From Clostridiales bacterium (GTDB taxonomy: Bacteria; Bacillota; Clostridia; Christensenellales; Pumilibacteraceae): a stretch of 64,000 nt of DNA. Below, piece by piece: positions 46,709 through 57,650 of this stretch. Position 1 is the stretch's first letter. Every line of letters begins with the position of its first letter. A program made the translations under genes and the position numbers. Where the stretch lies: assembly GCA_022508465.1 (NCBI GenBank), contig JAFLVB010000002.1:628-64627 (forward strand). The letters run 5' to 3'. The notes beneath the pieces were generated by a model, which saw nothing but the letters and a program-made list of their open reading frames with translations, had not been told where the DNA came from and did not search any database.

Positions 46709-46737
46709 ATTATACCATAAATTTCAACGCTTGTAAA
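46709..46737 (-). promoter_or_regulatory. Internal promoter positioned for a leaderless KOW-infA-rpmJ transcript
   Basis: On the minus strand: TTTACA (46732-46737), 17 nt, TGgTATAAT (-10 at 46709-46714), then AGCAAA and ATG 46702. Confidence 0.55.
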
Positions 46738-46792
46738 CTAAATTTTACCTAAAATTTATTCACAAAGTATATTTTTTACGAAGCATACCTGT

Positions 46793-47536
46793 TTACAAAG
46801 TTAAAATTTCGACATCATTATCGGTAATTATTACCGTATTTTCGTAATGTGCGCTGGGGCTACCGTCCCTCGTCCTGCACGTCCAGCCATCTCTATCAAT
46901 CGTTATGTGATAGTCGCCAAGAGTTATCATCGGCTCGATAGCGAGGGCGTAACCTTTTCTTAACGTGAATCCGGTACCTGCCGTCCCGTAATTGGGAATA
47001 CTCGGATCTTCGTGAAGCCTACGACCTATGCCGTGTCCCACCATCTCGCGCACAACCCCATAGCCATACTTTTCCACATACGCTTGGATTGCGTGCGACA
47101 CATCTCCGAGCTTGCCGCCTATTTTTACAAATTTAAGTCCTTCAAAAAACGATTGCTTTGTTACGTCTATGAGCTTTTGCTTAGCGGGAGAAATTTCTCC
47201 GACCGCAAAAGTTCTTGCCGCATCGCCGTGAAATCCGTTTTTGTAAGCGCCAACGTCTATGCTTACAATCTCGCCCTCTTTAAGCAATCTTATCGAGGGG
47301 ATACCGTGAACTACGACGTCGTCCACCGAAATGCAAGCTGCCGCCGGAAAACCGTTATAGTTTTTAAATGACGGGGTTGCACCTTCGGACAAGATGATTT
47401 CTTCGACAATCGAATTTAATTCGAGCGTACTTACGCCGGGCTTGACATATGCCTCTATCTCTCTCAGCACTTTGCCGACGACCCTTCCGGGTTCTCTCAT
47501 CAAGGCTAATTCTTCATCGGTTTTTACTTTGATCAT
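46793..47536 (-). CDS. map: Type I methionine aminopeptidase
   Basis: Metal-ligand context VSIDVGAYKNGFHGDAARTF, HGIGRRLHEDP and EPMIT. Length 247 aa. Confidence 0.95.
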   Translation of the reverse strand: MIKVKTDEELALMREPGRVVGKVLREIEAYVKPGVSTLELNSIVEEIILSEGATPSFKNYNGFPAAACISVDDVVVHGIPSIRLLKEGEIVSIDVGAYKNGFHGDAARTFAVGEISPAKQKLIDVTKQSFFEGLKFVKIGGKLGDVSHAIQAYVEKYGYGVVREMVGHGIGRRLHEDPSIPNYGTAGTGFTLRKGYALAIEPMITLGDYHITIDRDGWTCRTRDGSPSAHYENTVIITDNDVEILTL

Positions 47537-48140
47537 TTAACGCCTTCTGTATTCTTTTGAATACCTGTTGTATGCTGCCGTGACCGTCTATATCGACAAG
47601 GTTGCCCTTAGCCTTATAGTGGTCTATAATCGGCATAGTCTCTGCGGCATACACCGCTAACCTCTCCCTTACTATCTCTTCCGTGTCGTCCTTACGCAAG
47701 GTAAGTGTCGCGCCACAGTCGCAAACCTCGGTGGAGTGGAGTTTTTTACTGAAATTTTTGCCGCAGACAGAGCAAACCATTCGGTTGACAATCCTGTCTA
47801 CAACCGACTCGTCGTCGATTTGTATATTGAGCACGACGTCGATATCGGTAATCGTATCGAGTAGCTCTGCTTGAGGTAAAGTCCTCGGGTAGCCGTCGAG
47901 CAAAAATCCGTTTTTGCACTTAGCCAATTCCTCTCTGAGAATCTCACCTACAATATCGTCGGGGGCAAGTTTGCCGCGCTCGATAAATCCGAGCGCGACA
48001 AGCCCTATTTTTGTTTTCTCCTCGATATGTTTACGAAGCAATGCGCCCGTAGAAATATGAGGTAATTCATAAATATTCGAGATTTCGTTTGCCTGAGTGC
48101 CCTTTCCTGCACCCGGGGGTCCGAATAAAACGATTTTCAT
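47514..48140 (-). CDS. adk: Adenylate kinase (Cys-containing lid)
   Basis: P-loop GPPGAGKGTQ. The lid carries CSVCGKNF...CDCG. It overlaps map by 23 nt. Confidence 0.95.
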   Translation of the reverse strand: MKIVLFGPPGAGKGTQANEISNIYELPHISTGALLRKHIEEKTKIGLVALGFIERGKLAPDDIVGEILREELAKCKNGFLLDGYPRTLPQAELLDTITDIDVVLNIQIDDESVVDRIVNRMVCSVCGKNFSKKLHSTEVCDCGATLTLRKDDTEEIVRERLAVYAAETMPIIDHYKAKGNLVDIDGHGSIQQVFKRIQKALNDQSKNR

Positions 48141-48154
48141 GATCTCTCCTGATT

Positions 48155-49480
48155 TTATTTGAGGAAGCCTCTTGTCCTCTTCATCATCAGTAAGCCTTCG
48201 AGCTGTTTGTCAAGCTCAAGCGCTACCGATACAACGATCAAAAGTCCTGTTGCGGTAAACGCATTTATAAGGTTCATGTTGCTGATAACACCTGCTGTTT
48301 GAAGTGCTTGGAACAATACCGACGGAACGATTGCGATTATCATAAGGAACAATGCTCCGAAGAATGTCAAGCGCTTGGAAACCTTGTTAAGGTATTCTGC
48401 TGTCGGTCTGCCCGGGCGTATACCTTGTATCGATCCGCCGTACTGTTGAAGGTTACGAGCGATTTCGTCGGGCTTGAACTGAATGGTCGTATAGAAGAAG
48501 CTGAACGCCATTATAAGCACGCCGAGGAGCACAAAGTACGCTATACTGCCCGTACCGAGCCACTTTGTCCACCAAGCGTAAAAGCCTTTGGTGTAGTCGG
48601 TAGTGAACATTCTTGCTATCATCTGCGGGAAGGTAAGTATAGCCGTCGAGAAGATGATGGGCAATACGCCGTTAGCATTGATCTTGATGGGTATATTGCT
48701 CGACTGTCCGCCGTACTGCTTGCGACCCTTAACCTGCTTAGCGTAGTTAACTACGATTCTGCGTTCCGAAAGGTCGATGAACACGATGAACAAGAAGATA
48801 AGAACAACAAGCACCAAGAAGATCAAAAGTCCCCAGAACGCCAATGTTCCTGCCTCGCCACCGCCAATAATCTGCTCGATTGCAGTTGCGATTGCAAGAC
48901 CTGCGGTTGATACGATACCTACAAAGATTATAAGGCTTATACCGTTACCAACGCCCAACTCGGTAATTCTGTCGCCGAGCCACATTGTTACCATAGAGCC
49001 TGCAACGAGCATAGCTGCAACGAATACCGATATCCAAATGCGGTTATCTGCCGACGAGAATATTGCGTCGCTTATACCACCACCTTGATACCAGCTGATT
49101 GCGATACCTACTGACTGAGCAATGGCAAGCAAAAGGGTTACAACCTTGGTAACAATAGATATTTTCTTTCTACCCTCCTCGCCCTGACGCGACCAGCGTT
49201 CGAGCGCAGGAATGGCAACTGTCAGTAATTGAACTATAATTGACGCATTGATGTACGGTGTAATACCGAGTGCAAGGAATGCGCCGTTTTGAAGTGCATT
49301 ACCACCAATCTGCGAGAGCAAGCTCATAAGAGTATCGCCTTCGTCGATGAGGTAGTTGCCGCTTATGCCCGGAATGGGCAACCAGCATCCAAGTCTATAA
49401 ACGAACAAAAGAGCGAGTGTAATAAGAATTTTATTTCTTATTTCCTTATTCTTGAAAGCGTTGATGAGGTTTTTAAGCAT
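48155..49480 (-). CDS. secY: Preprotein translocase subunit SecY
   Basis: Ten-TM protein, 441 aa, in the canonical position between rplO and adk. Confidence 0.96.
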   Translation of the reverse strand: MLKNLINAFKNKEIRNKILITLALLFVYRLGCWLPIPGISGNYLIDEGDTLMSLLSQIGGNALQNGAFLALGITPYINASIIVQLLTVAIPALERWSRQGEEGRKKISIVTKVVTLLLAIAQSVGIAISWYQGGGISDAIFSSADNRIWISVFVAAMLVAGSMVTMWLGDRITELGVGNGISLIIFVGIVSTAGLAIATAIEQIIGGGEAGTLAFWGLLIFLVLVVLIFLFIVFIDLSERRIVVNYAKQVKGRKQYGGQSSNIPIKINANGVLPIIFSTAILTFPQMIARMFTTDYTKGFYAWWTKWLGTGSIAYFVLLGVLIMAFSFFYTTIQFKPDEIARNLQQYGGSIQGIRPGRPTAEYLNKVSKRLTFFGALFLMIIAIVPSVLFQALQTAGVISNMNLINAFTATGLLIVVSVALELDKQLEGLLMMKRTRGFLK

Positions 49481-49926
49481 TATAACACCTCAACTTTGCC
49501 ACCAATCTTTTCGATCTTCTCCTTAGCCGCGCCTGTAAACTTTTTGGCTTTAACGGTAACTTTTTTGGTGAGCTCTCCGTTACCTAAAACCTTAAGTCCA
49601 TACTGTTCTATTTTCTTAATAAGTCCTCTTTCCTTGAGGATTTCTGCGGTAACCTCGTCACCGTCATTAAAGTTGTCCTCGATTACACTGATATTGATAA
49701 CCGAATATTCCTTCTTCCAGGCGTTATCAAAGCCGCGCTTGGGAAGTCTACGAGCAAGCGGCATCTGACCGCCCTCGAAGCCTACTCTTACGCCGCCGCC
49801 ACTACGCGCCCACTGACCTTTGTGACCCTTTGTAGAGGTTTTACCAAGTCCCGAGCCTATGCCTCGACCGATTCTTTTGGGAGCGGTACGAGCACCGGGT
49901 GCGGGGGATAAAGTGTGCATTTTCAT
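49480..49926 (-). CDS. rplO: 50S ribosomal protein L15
   Basis: Canonical L15 ([19 protein letters not shown]). Confidence 0.95.
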   Translation of the reverse strand: MKMHTLSPAPGARTAPKRIGRGIGSGLGKTSTKGHKGQWARSGGGVRVGFEGGQMPLARRLPKRGFDNAWKKEYSVINISVIEDNFNDGDEVTAEILKERGLIKKIEQYGLKVLGNGELTKKVTVKAKKFTGAAKEKIEKIGGKVEVL

Positions 49927-50109
49927 TTAAATTTCCTCCACCTTTACGAGATGTTTTACAACGTAAATCATGCCTCTTACGGCATCGTTGTCCGGTCTTA
50001 CAACGCAAGAACGGATTTTTCTAAGTCCGAGAGCCTCAACAGTTCTCTGTTGTTTTTCGAGGCAACCGTTTGTGCTCTTTATCAAAGTGATTTTTAATTG
50101 TTTTTCCAT
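49927..50109 (-). CDS. rpmD: 50S ribosomal protein L30
   Basis: Canonical L30 ([28 protein letters not shown]). Confidence 0.93.
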   Translation of the reverse strand: MEKQLKITLIKSTNGCLEKQQRTVEALGLRKIRSCVVRPDNDAVRGMIYVVKHLVKVEEI

Positions 50110-50120
50110 AATGCACCGCC

Positions 50121-50633
50121 TTAACCGAGAATTTCTTCCACGGTCTTGCCGCGGAGAGCTGCAATCTTTTCGGGCGAGCGAAGCGCCTTAAGTCCCTCGA
50201 AGGTTGCCTTTACGGTATTGATGGGGTTACGCGAGCCGTAGCTCTTGGTTGTGATATTCTTAATGCCCGCAAGCTCTACAACAGCTCTGACGCTGCTGCC
50301 TGCGATAACGCCTCGACCTTCGGGAGCAGGCATGAGCATAACTACGCTCTTGCCGAACTTACCGATAACTTCGTGAGGAATGGTGCTTTCGCCGAGCGAA
50401 ACCTTAACCATATTACGGCGTGCGATTTGTTCCGCCTTTTTGATAGCCTCGGGAACCTCGGTAGCCTTGCCTGTGCCGATGCCGACACTGCCGTTGCCGT
50501 CGCCTACTACCACGAGTGCAGCAAAACGCATATTGCGTCCGCCCTTAACAACCTTGGTAATACGGTTAACGCCGACAAGTCTGCTTTGAATTCCGTCGTC
50601 CTGCTTAACAACTTCTTGTTCTCTCTTTGCCAT
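50121..50633 (-). CDS. rpsE: 30S ribosomal protein S5
   Basis: Canonical S5 ([24 protein letters not shown]). Confidence 0.96.
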   Translation of the reverse strand: MAKREQEVVKQDDGIQSRLVGVNRITKVVKGGRNMRFAALVVVGDGNGSVGIGTGKATEVPEAIKKAEQIARRNMVKVSLGESTIPHEVIGKFGKSVVMLMPAPEGRGVIAGSSVRAVVELAGIKNITTKSYGSRNPINTVKATFEGLKALRSPEKIAALRGKTVEEILG

Positions 50634-50644
50634 AATACTTCCTC

Positions 50645-51007
50645 CTAAAACTCAAGACCGGCTTCTCTTGCGCCGTCGGCGAGTGCCTTAACTCTTCCGG
50701 TATACAGGTAGCCGCCTCTGTCGAAAACGACCTTTTTTACACCAGCGTCCAAAGCACGCTTTGCAATAAATGCGCCTACTACCTTAGCAGCCTCGGTCTT
50801 GGTCATACCCTCAACGTTGATATCCTTAGCGATAGTGGAGCCGGATGTAATCGTAACTCCCTTAACGTCATCGATAATCTGAGCGTATATATGAGAAGTG
50901 CTGCGGTAAACGCAAAGGCGGGGCATTTCGGCACAACCCTTAAGGTGTGCTCTGATCCTAAGATGTCTTTTGGCTCTTACGCCGTTTTTATTAATCTTGT
51001 TTATCAT
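50645..51007 (-). CDS. rplR: 50S ribosomal protein L18
   Basis: Canonical L18 ([19 protein letters not shown]...[26 protein letters not shown]). Confidence 0.96.
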   Translation of the reverse strand: MINKINKNGVRAKRHLRIRAHLKGCAEMPRLCVYRSTSHIYAQIIDDVKGVTITSGSTIAKDINVEGMTKTEAAKVVGAFIAKRALDAGVKKVVFDRGGYLYTGRVKALADGAREAGLEF

Positions 51008-51019
51008 AATGCTCTCCTA

Positions 51020-51559
51020 TTATTTACCTTTCTTGCCTTCTTTCATGATGACAACTTCATCACTGTATCTGATACCGTACGAATGATACGGCTCAACCGG
51101 CCTCTTGGATTTGATGGTTGCTGCGGTCTGTCCCACAAGCTCCTTGCTTATACCCGAAACTACAATGGTATTCTGATCGGGGCAGGTAATGTTGATGCCC
51201 TCGGGAATATTGAAGTCTACGGGGTGGCTGTAACCTACGTTAAGAGTAAGCTTTTTGCCGCTGACTGCTGCCTTCCAGCCTACACCGTTTACGATAAGCG
51301 AACGGCTGAACGGAGTAACAACGCCTGCAACCATGTTGCTTATAAGCTGACGGTAAAGTCCGTGCTTGCTCTTAACTGATTTATCTTCTCTTGTGCGCTC
51401 TACATGAACTTCGGCACCTTCGATTTTAACATTAATGTTTCTGTCCGCAATTTCCTGACTGAGTGTACCTTTGGGGCCCTTAACGGTAACGATGTTATCC
51501 TTGTACTCCACGGTAACGCCTGCCGGAATAGCTACGGGTAATCTTCCTATTCTTGACAT
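51020..51559 (-). CDS. rplF: 50S ribosomal protein L6
   Basis: Canonical L6 (MSRIGRLPVAIPAGVTV). Confidence 0.96.
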   Translation of the reverse strand: MSRIGRLPVAIPAGVTVEYKDNIVTVKGPKGTLSQEIADRNINVKIEGAEVHVERTREDKSVKSKHGLYRQLISNMVAGVVTPFSRSLIVNGVGWKAAVSGKKLTLNVGYSHPVDFNIPEGINITCPDQNTIVVSGISKELVGQTAATIKSKRPVEPYHSYGIRYSDEVVIMKEGKKGK

Positions 51560-51568
51560 ATCGACCTC

Positions 51569-51967
51569 CTACCAGATATAGGCGAGAACTTCGCCGCCTA
51601 TCTTATCGGCACGAGCCTGCTTGTCGGTCATAATGCCCTTGGAAGTGGAGATGATTGCAATACCCAATCCGTTAAGCACCTTGGGAAGATCTTGATAGCC
51701 GCAGTATACTCTGAGACCGGGCTTAGAAATTCTTTTAAGGCTGGTTATAACCCTTTCGTTTTTCGCACCGTACTTTAAGGTAATATAAATATTTTTATGT
51801 CCGTCGTTTTCCACGATCTCGGCGCTCTTGATATATCCCTCGTTTACGAGAATATCAGCGATAGCCTTCTTCATTTTGGAACTCGGAACGGTAACAGTAT
51901 CGTGCTTTGCTGTCAAAGCGTTTCTGATTCTTGTGAGCAAATCTGCTATTGGATCATTAACTACCAT
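51569..51967 (-). CDS. rpsH: 30S ribosomal protein S8
   Basis: Canonical S8 ([13 protein letters not shown]...GGEVLAYIW). Confidence 0.96.
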   Translation of the reverse strand: MVVNDPIADLLTRIRNALTAKHDTVTVPSSKMKKAIADILVNEGYIKSAEIVENDGHKNIYITLKYGAKNERVITSLKRISKPGLRVYCGYQDLPKVLNGLGIAIISTSKGIMTDKQARADKIGGEVLAYIW

Positions 51968-51979
51968 ACTTATACCTCC

Positions 51980-52165
51980 TTACCAGCTCGACTTCTTAAC
52001 GCCGGGGATTTCTCCCTTGTACGCAAGTTCTCTGAAACAAATTCTGCAAATACCGTACTTACGTAAAACCGAATGCGGTCTGCCGCAAATCTTACAACGA
52101 GTGTAAGCGCGGGTAGAGTATTTTGCAGGCTTTTGCTGCTTATTTATCATTGCTTTCTTTGCCAT
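51980..52165 (-). CDS. rpsN: 30S ribosomal protein S14, type Z (Zn-binding, 61 aa)
   Basis: [20 protein letters not shown] with the short 61-aa form. Confidence 0.95.
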   Translation of the reverse strand: MAKKAMINKQQKPAKYSTRAYTRCKICGRPHSVLRKYGICRICFRELAYKGEIPGVKKSSW

Positions 52166-52186
52166 AAATAATTCTCCTTATCCCTG

Positions 52187-52741
52187 TTAGTTCTTGAAAG
52201 GCATTCCAAGCTTAACAAGGAGTGCTTTCGCTTCGTCGTCGGTCTTTGCGGTTGTTACCACGCAAACGTCGAAGCCTCTTACTTTTTCTACCTGCTCGTA
52301 CGGAACTTCGGGGAAGATAATCTGTTCCTTGATGCCGACAGCATAGTTACCTCTGCCGTCAAAGGACTTACCCGAAATACCTCTGAAGTCTCTTACACGG
52401 GGGAAGGCTACCGATACGAGCTTGTCAAAGAACTCGTACATTTTGTCGCCGCGAAGGGTGACTTTGATACCTATCGATTGACCTTCTCTCAGCTTGAAGT
52501 TAGCTACCGACTTTTTCGCCTTGCAAAGGATAGCCTTTTGTCCGGCGATAGCCTCGAGCTCATTCATGGCAATTTGGACGCTCTTGCTGTTGTCTTTTAT
52601 ATCGCCCAATCTCATATTGAGTATGATTTTATCGAGCTTGGGTACTTCCATAACGTTCTTGTAGCCGCGTTCCTTGATGAGCGCAGGTACGATTTCCTGG
52701 GTGTACCTTGTCTTAAGTCTGTTTCTTTGAAGTTCAGCCAT
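52187..52741 (-). CDS. rplE: 50S ribosomal protein L5
   Basis: Canonical L5 ([10 protein letters not shown]...[10 protein letters not shown]). SD GGGAGGA present. Confidence 0.96.
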   Translation of the reverse strand: MAELQRNRLKTRYTQEIVPALIKERGYKNVMEVPKLDKIILNMRLGDIKDNSKSVQIAMNELEAIAGQKAILCKAKKSVANFKLREGQSIGIKVTLRGDKMYEFFDKLVSVAFPRVRDFRGISGKSFDGRGNYAVGIKEQIIFPEVPYEQVEKVRGFDVCVVTTAKTDDEAKALLVKLGMPFKN

Positions 52742-52753
52742 AACGTCCTCCCA

Positions 52754-53197
52754 TTACTTCTCTGCGCTGTCGCTGTCTTTTTGCGACTTACGCGTACGCT
52801 TTACTCTGCTTGTAGAAGTCTTTTCGGTCTTTTCGTCTGCCTTTGCGCTTCTCTTCTTGGTCTCCTTCTTTTCTGCCTTCTTGGAGTCGATATCAAAGCC
52901 GCAATGCTTGCACTGACGGTGATTTTTGCCGTCCACTTCTATCGTAGCTATGCGGGTTGCCTTCTCGCAGGAGGGGCAAACAAGCATTACGTTACTAATG
53001 TTGATGTTACCTTCCATCTTGATGATGCCGCTCTGCTCTTGAGCAGTGCGTCCCTTACGATGACGGCTAACCATATTGAGATTTTCTACCTTTACAAGGT
53101 TGGTTTTGGGATCTACGGCTATAACCTTACCGGTTTGGCCTTTGTCCGAGCCGGTAATGACCTTGACCGTGTCCCCTTTCTTGATTCGTAAACTCAT
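52754..53197 (-). CDS. rplX: 50S ribosomal protein L24, atypical form with CxxC...CxxC and Lys-rich tail (147 aa)
   Basis: KOW N-terminus IKKGDTVKVITGSDKGQTGKVIAV. It then has VMLVCPSCEKATRIATIEVDGKNHRQCKHCGFDI and a 44-aa K/E/S-rich extension. Confidence 0.93.
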   Translation of the reverse strand: MSLRIKKGDTVKVITGSDKGQTGKVIAVDPKTNLVKVENLNMVSRHRKGRTAQEQSGIIKMEGNINISNVMLVCPSCEKATRIATIEVDGKNHRQCKHCGFDIDSKKAEKKETKKRSAKADEKTEKTSTSRVKRTRKSQKDSDSAEK

Positions 53198-53208
53198 ATT
53201 CGTTCCTC

Positions 53209-53577
53209 CTACATAACCTCGGGCGCAAGGGAAATGATTTTCATATAGTCCTTGTCCCTGAGCTCTCTTGCGATAGGCCCGAATATACGCGTGCCTCTCG
53301 GTTGCTTTTGAGTATCGATAATAACCGCTGCGTTGTCGTCAAAACGAATATGACTGCCATCGGGACGATTAACGCCCTTGTGGCTGCGAACGATTACCGC
53401 TCTTACTACGTCGCCCTTCTTAACTGCGCCGCCCGGAGTTGCACTCTTTACGGACGCGATGATAACATCGCCGATGTTACCTGTGCGACGGAAGGAGCCG
53501 CCGAGTACACGAATACACATAATTTCTTTTGCGCCGCTGTTGTCTGCGACTTTGAGATAAGATTGTGGTTGTATCAT
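53209..53577 (-). CDS. rplN: 50S ribosomal protein L14
   Basis: Canonical L14 ([18 protein letters not shown]). Confidence 0.97.
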   Translation of the reverse strand: MIQPQSYLKVADNSGAKEIMCIRVLGGSFRRTGNIGDVIIASVKSATPGGAVKKGDVVRAVIVRSHKGVNRPDGSHIRFDDNAAVIIDTQKQPRGTRIFGPIARELRDKDYMKIISLAPEVM

Positions 53578-53588
53578 ATGCGTTCTCC

Positions 53589-53855
53589 TTATTTAGCCTT
53601 TTCGACAATGCGATTAAGTCTGAAGCACTTGTCTTTAGACAAAGGTCTTGTCTCGATGATTTCTACAATGTCACCGATGCCGGCTTCGTTGTTTTCGTCG
53701 TGAGCCTTGAACTTAGTCGTTCTGTTGATTGTCTTTTTATACAGAGGGTGCTTGGTCTTGTCTCTTACCGCAACAACGATGGTCTTATCCATCTTGTCGC
53801 TAACGACGATACCTACCCTTACCTTACGGTTGTTTCTTACTACTGTATCTGCCAT
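53589..53855 (-). CDS. rpsQ: 30S ribosomal protein S17
   Basis: Canonical S17 ([19 protein letters not shown]...[19 protein letters not shown]). Confidence 0.96.
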   Translation of the reverse strand: MADTVVRNNRKVRVGIVVSDKMDKTIVVAVRDKTKHPLYKKTINRTTKFKAHDENNEAGIGDIVEIIETRPLSKDKCFRLNRIVEKAK

Positions 53856-53867
53856 ATTACCCTCCGA

Positions 53868-54065
53868 TTACGCCTTCTTCGCAAGCTCGCGCTCACGAAT
53901 AACGGTTTTAACTCTTGCGATATCCCTCTTACATCTGCTGAGTTGAGTAGGATTAGCAAGCTGTCCAGTTGCGTGGCTGAAGCGTAAGTTGAACAACTCT
54001 TGCTTTAACTCCGCAAGTTTAGCGGTAAGCTCGCTGTCCTGTAAATCGCGAAATGTGGATTTCAT
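53868..54065 (-). CDS. rpmC: 50S ribosomal protein L29
   Basis: Canonical L29 ([17 protein letters not shown]). Confidence 0.94.
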   Translation of the reverse strand: MKSTFRDLQDSELTAKLAELKQELFNLRFSHATGQLANPTQLSRCKRDIARVKTVIRERELAKKA

Positions 54066-54523
54066 TATGCTTCAACCTCCTTGTTTGTATCTATGTTTGC
54101 GTCAGCGCTTACAAGCTCATCCTTACGTGCGAATTTGCATCTAACGGGAAGCTTGTGGGACGCAAGTCTCAATGCCTCTTTTGCTACCTCTTCGGGTACG
54201 CCTGCCATCTCGAACAACACTCTGCCCGGCTTAACAACAGCTACCCAGAATTCGGGAGCACCCTTACCGGAACCCATACGAGTCTCGGCAGGCTTCTTTG
54301 TAACAGGCTTATGCGGGAATATGTTTATCCAAACCTGACCGCCACGCTTGATATATCTGGTCATAGCGATACGGGCAGCTTCGATCTGATTGGATTTGAT
54401 CCAACCCGGATCCAAAGAAACAAGTCCATATTCGCCGTAAGCAATAACATTACCTTTGTTAGCCTTGCCCTTCATTCTGCCACGTTGAACGCGACGTCTT
54501 TTAACTCTCTTCGGCAATAACAT
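54065..54523 (-). CDS. rplP: 50S ribosomal protein L16
   Basis: Canonical L16 ([19 protein letters not shown]), with a short acidic C-terminal extension. Confidence 0.96.
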   Translation of the reverse strand: MLLPKRVKRRRVQRGRMKGKANKGNVIAYGEYGLVSLDPGWIKSNQIEAARIAMTRYIKRGGQVWINIFPHKPVTKKPAETRMGSGKGAPEFWVAVVKPGRVLFEMAGVPEEVAKEALRLASHKLPVRCKFARKDELVSADANIDTNKEVEA

Positions 54524-55182
54524 CAGTGTTGCCCTCCTTCCTTAAGCTGGGGAATTACCTCGCCCTTATATACCCATACCTTGATACCGATCTTACCGAA
54601 TGTGGTGTTAGCCTCTGCCTCGGCATAGTCGATATCCGCACGGAGTGTTTGAAGCGGTATAGAACCGTCGTGATAGCTTTCGCTACGAGCGATTTCCGCT
54701 CCGTCCAATCTACCGGACACCATAATCTTAACACCCTTAGCACCGCTGCGCATTACTCTGCCCATCGCTTGCTTCATACTGCGACGGAAAGATGCACGCT
54801 TTTCGAGCTGAGCTGCAATGTTTTCTGCTACGAGCTGAGCGTCCATATCCGGACGTTTAACTTCCATAATGTTGATATGGATGATTCTGCCCTTAGCTAC
54901 AATCTTGCTAAGCTCCTTTTTGAGCTGCTCTACGCCTGCGCCCTTAACGCCTATAAGCATACCGGGTTTGGATGTAAAGATGTTTACGGTAACCTTGCCC
55001 TGCGCTCTCTCGATAGTCGTCTTGGAAATTCCGAAGGTGTAATACTTATTCTTAATGAATTCGCGGATTTTGTAGTCTTCTACCAAAAATTCCGAGAAAT
55101 CTCTTTTATTTGCATACCATTGAGCGTCCCATCCCTTGATAACGCCGACTCTGAGTCCGTGGGGATTAACTTTCTGTCCCAT
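54523..55182 (-). CDS. rpsC: 30S ribosomal protein S3
   Basis: Canonical S3 ([21 protein letters not shown] domain). Confidence 0.97.
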   Translation of the reverse strand: MGQKVNPHGLRVGVIKGWDAQWYANKRDFSEFLVEDYKIREFIKNKYYTFGISKTTIERAQGKVTVNIFTSKPGMLIGVKGAGVEQLKKELSKIVAKGRIIHINIMEVKRPDMDAQLVAENIAAQLEKRASFRRSMKQAMGRVMRSGAKGVKIMVSGRLDGAEIARSESYHDGSIPLQTLRADIDYAEAEANTTFGKIGIKVWVYKGEVIPQLKEGGQH

Positions 55183-55184
55183 AA

Positions 55185-55589
55185 TTACTTGTCCTCCTTT
55201 TTGGTGTCGAGTATTACCGTAATATGGCTGGTACGCTTATTAATACGGTGTGCTCTGCCCTTAGAAACGGGGTTCATTCTCTTGAGAATGGGACCGCCGT
55301 CCGCAAATATCTCCGCTACATAAAGGTCTGCTCTCGACAAGCCCTTTACTTCGGCGTTAGCTGCCGCAGACTTAATGAGCTTATATGTTACCTCTGCGGA
55401 TGCATTGGGGATAGCTTCGAGCATTGCAAGTGCCTCGTTAACCGACTTGCCTCTAACAACGTCAAGTACGATTCTAACCTTGCTGGGAGAAATTCTGATA
55501 TATCTGGCACGAGCGAACGGACGCATTTCTCTCTTGGTCTCGTTTCTTTCCTGCTTTATTTGAGTTCTACTTTTGCTTGTATTAGCCAT
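55185..55589 (-). CDS. rplV: 50S ribosomal protein L22 (about 20-aa N-terminal extension)
   Basis: [32 protein letters not shown], preceded by a basic extension. Confidence 0.94.
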   Translation of the reverse strand: MANTSKSRTQIKQERNETKREMRPFARARYIRISPSKVRIVLDVVRGKSVNEALAMLEAIPNASAEVTYKLIKSAAANAEVKGLSRADLYVAEIFADGGPILKRMNPVSKGRAHRINKRTSHITVILDTKKEDK

Positions 55590-55600
55590 TATCTTTCTCC

Positions 55601-55879
55601 TTATCTGCCTTTGGTTGTCTTTTCGCCGGCGTGACCCTTGAATGTGCGGGTGGGGGCGAATTCACCAAGCTTATGCCCAACCATTTCTTCGGTGCAGTAT
55701 ACGGGAACGTGCTTACGTCCGTCGTGAACCGCGATGGTCTGTCCAATGAATTCCGGGTAAATAGTAGAACTTCTTGACCAAGTTTTGATTACTTTTTTAT
55801 CCGTTGTATCCATTTGGGCGCAAACCCTGTTATACAATCTTTCCTCTACATAAGGACCTTTTTTCAAACTTCTACTCAT
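55601..55879 (-). CDS. rpsS: 30S ribosomal protein S19
   Basis: Canonical S19 ([13 protein letters not shown]...[16 protein letters not shown]). Confidence 0.97.
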   Translation of the reverse strand: MSRSLKKGPYVEERLYNRVCAQMDTTDKKVIKTWSRSSTIYPEFIGQTIAVHDGRKHVPVYCTEEMVGHKLGEFAPTRTFKGHAGEKTTKGR

Positions 55880-55890
55880 AATTTACCTCG

Positions 55891-56718
55891 CTAATTTATG
55901 CGCTTAACAATAAATTTGTTGCTGTTCTTGTGCTTGTTTCTGGTCTTGTAACCGAGTGCCGGCTTACCCCAAGGAGTAACAGGACCGGGACGACCGATAG
56001 GCGACTTACCTTCACCACCACCGTGCGGGTGATCGCAGGGGTTCATAACTACACCGCGGACGGTGGGCTTGATACCCATGTGACGTTTACGTCCTGCCTT
56101 ACCGATAGAAACAAGTTCGTGGTCGAGGTTACCTACCTGACCGATTGTTGCCTTGCAAGTGAGAAGGATCATTCTCATTTCGCCGCTGGGAAGACGAAGT
56201 GTTGCATACTTGCCTTCCTTAGCCATGAGCTGAGCTGCTGCGCCTGCGGTCTTAACCATCTTGCCGCCTCTACCCGGCTGCATCTCTATGTTATGAACAA
56301 GAGTACCTACGGGGATAGATGCGAGCGGCAAAGCGTTACCTGTCTTGATATCGCAATCGCTGCCCGATACAACGGTGTCGCCTACTTGAAGTCCAAGAGG
56401 AGCGAGAATGTATCTCTTTTCGCCGTCTACATAGTGAAGTAATGCAATGTATGCGGTGCGGTTGGGATCGTACTCAATGGTCGCAACCTTTGCGGGAACA
56501 TTGTCCTTGTCCCTCTTAAAGTCGATGATACGCAACTTGCGGCGATTGCCTCCGCCGATGTGACGAACGGTAATTCTACCATAGCTGTTGCGGCCGCCTT
56601 TGCGGTTTATGCTTTTTAAAAGCGATTTTTCGGGAACATCGGTTGTGATCTCGCTGAACGAGCTAACCGTCTTAAATCTCGTACCCGGAGTAATCGGTTT
56701 AAATCTTTTTATACCCAT
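55891..56718 (-). CDS. rplB: 50S ribosomal protein L2
   Basis: Canonical L2 ([19 protein letters not shown]...[15 protein letters not shown]). Confidence 0.97.
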   Translation of the reverse strand: MGIKRFKPITPGTRFKTVSSFSEITTDVPEKSLLKSINRKGGRNSYGRITVRHIGGGNRRKLRIIDFKRDKDNVPAKVATIEYDPNRTAYIALLHYVDGEKRYILAPLGLQVGDTVVSGSDCDIKTGNALPLASIPVGTLVHNIEMQPGRGGKMVKTAGAAAQLMAKEGKYATLRLPSGEMRMILLTCKATIGQVGNLDHELVSIGKAGRKRHMGIKPTVRGVVMNPCDHPHGGGEGKSPIGRPGPVTPWGKPALGYKTRNKHKNSNKFIVKRIN

Positions 56719-56730
56719 GATGTCCTCCCA

Positions 56731-57021
56731 TTAACCTAAGCTCTCAAAGAACTCGATGGCTTTGCTGTCAGCGGTGAGCTGAACGTAAGCCTTTTTGATA
56801 TCGGACGTATAACCTTGAGTGCGTCCCTGTCTTTTGAGCTTTCCTTTTATATTTACCGTGTTGACCTTAGCAACCTTAACCTTAAAGATCTCTTCGACAG
56901 CCTTTTTGATATCTGTCTTAGTTGCGTTGTTGTCAACTATAAAGCCGTACTTTTTCATATTGATGCCCGAATAACTCTTTTCGGAAGTAACAGGCTTTTT
57001 GATTACGTCGTAAACGTTCAT
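56731..57021 (-). CDS. rplW: 50S ribosomal protein L23
   Basis: Start is at [16 protein letters not shown] (ATG 57021), forming an ATGA overlap with the rplD stop. The 17-codon track extension was rejected. Confidence 0.94.
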   Translation of the reverse strand: MNVYDVIKKPVTSEKSYSGINMKKYGFIVDNNATKTDIKKAVEEIFKVKVAKVNTVNIKGKLKRQGRTQGYTSDIKKAYVQLTADSKAIEFFESLG

Positions 57022-57641
57022 GCTTTGTATGCCTCCTCGATTTTCTTGATAGCCGGCACAGTCATTATGCATTTAGCGTTAGCTACGAGCTCTCTTACGT
57101 TGATTTGCTCTGCCGGAAGAACTCGTACGAACGGAATGTTGTTAGTTGCTCTAAGGAACATTTCGTTTTCGCCGTCAACTACGATCAAAACTCTCTTTTC
57201 GATGTTGAGCGCCTTGAGTATTGCAGCAGCTTCCTTAGTCTTGCCGCCAACCTCAAACTTGTCAACTGCGATCATATCTCCGTCGCTGAGCTTAGCGCTG
57301 AGCGCGCTTCTTAATGCGTTACGTCTTGCCTTGATGTTAACCTTTTGCGAAAAGTCTCTCGGCTTGGGTGCAAATACGACGCCACCCTTAATCCACTGGG
57401 GAGCTCTTATAGAGCCTTGACGTGCATGACCTGTACCCTTTTGTCTCCAGGGCTTGCGACCGCCGCCTCGAACTTCGGTTCTGGTAAGCGTGCATTTTGT
57501 TCCCTGTCTTGCATTGTTTGCCTGCGCTACAACAACCTGATGAATAAGCCCTTCGTTATATTCAGCTCCGAATACGCTTTCGTCGAGCTCTAATTCTCCG
57601 GTCTGAGCGCCTTTTTGATTATAAACTTTAATGCTTGGCAT
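57018..57641 (-). CDS. rplD: 50S ribosomal protein L4
   Basis: Canonical L4 ([26 protein letters not shown]). Confidence 0.97.
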   Translation of the reverse strand: MPSIKVYNQKGAQTGELELDESVFGAEYNEGLIHQVVVAQANNARQGTKCTLTRTEVRGGGRKPWRQKGTGHARQGSIRAPQWIKGGVVFAPKPRDFSQKVNIKARRNALRSALSAKLSDGDMIAVDKFEVGGKTKEAAAILKALNIEKRVLIVVDGENEMFLRATNNIPFVRVLPAEQINVRELVANAKCIMTVPAIKKIEEAYKA

Positions 57642-57650
57642 ACCTTCCTC

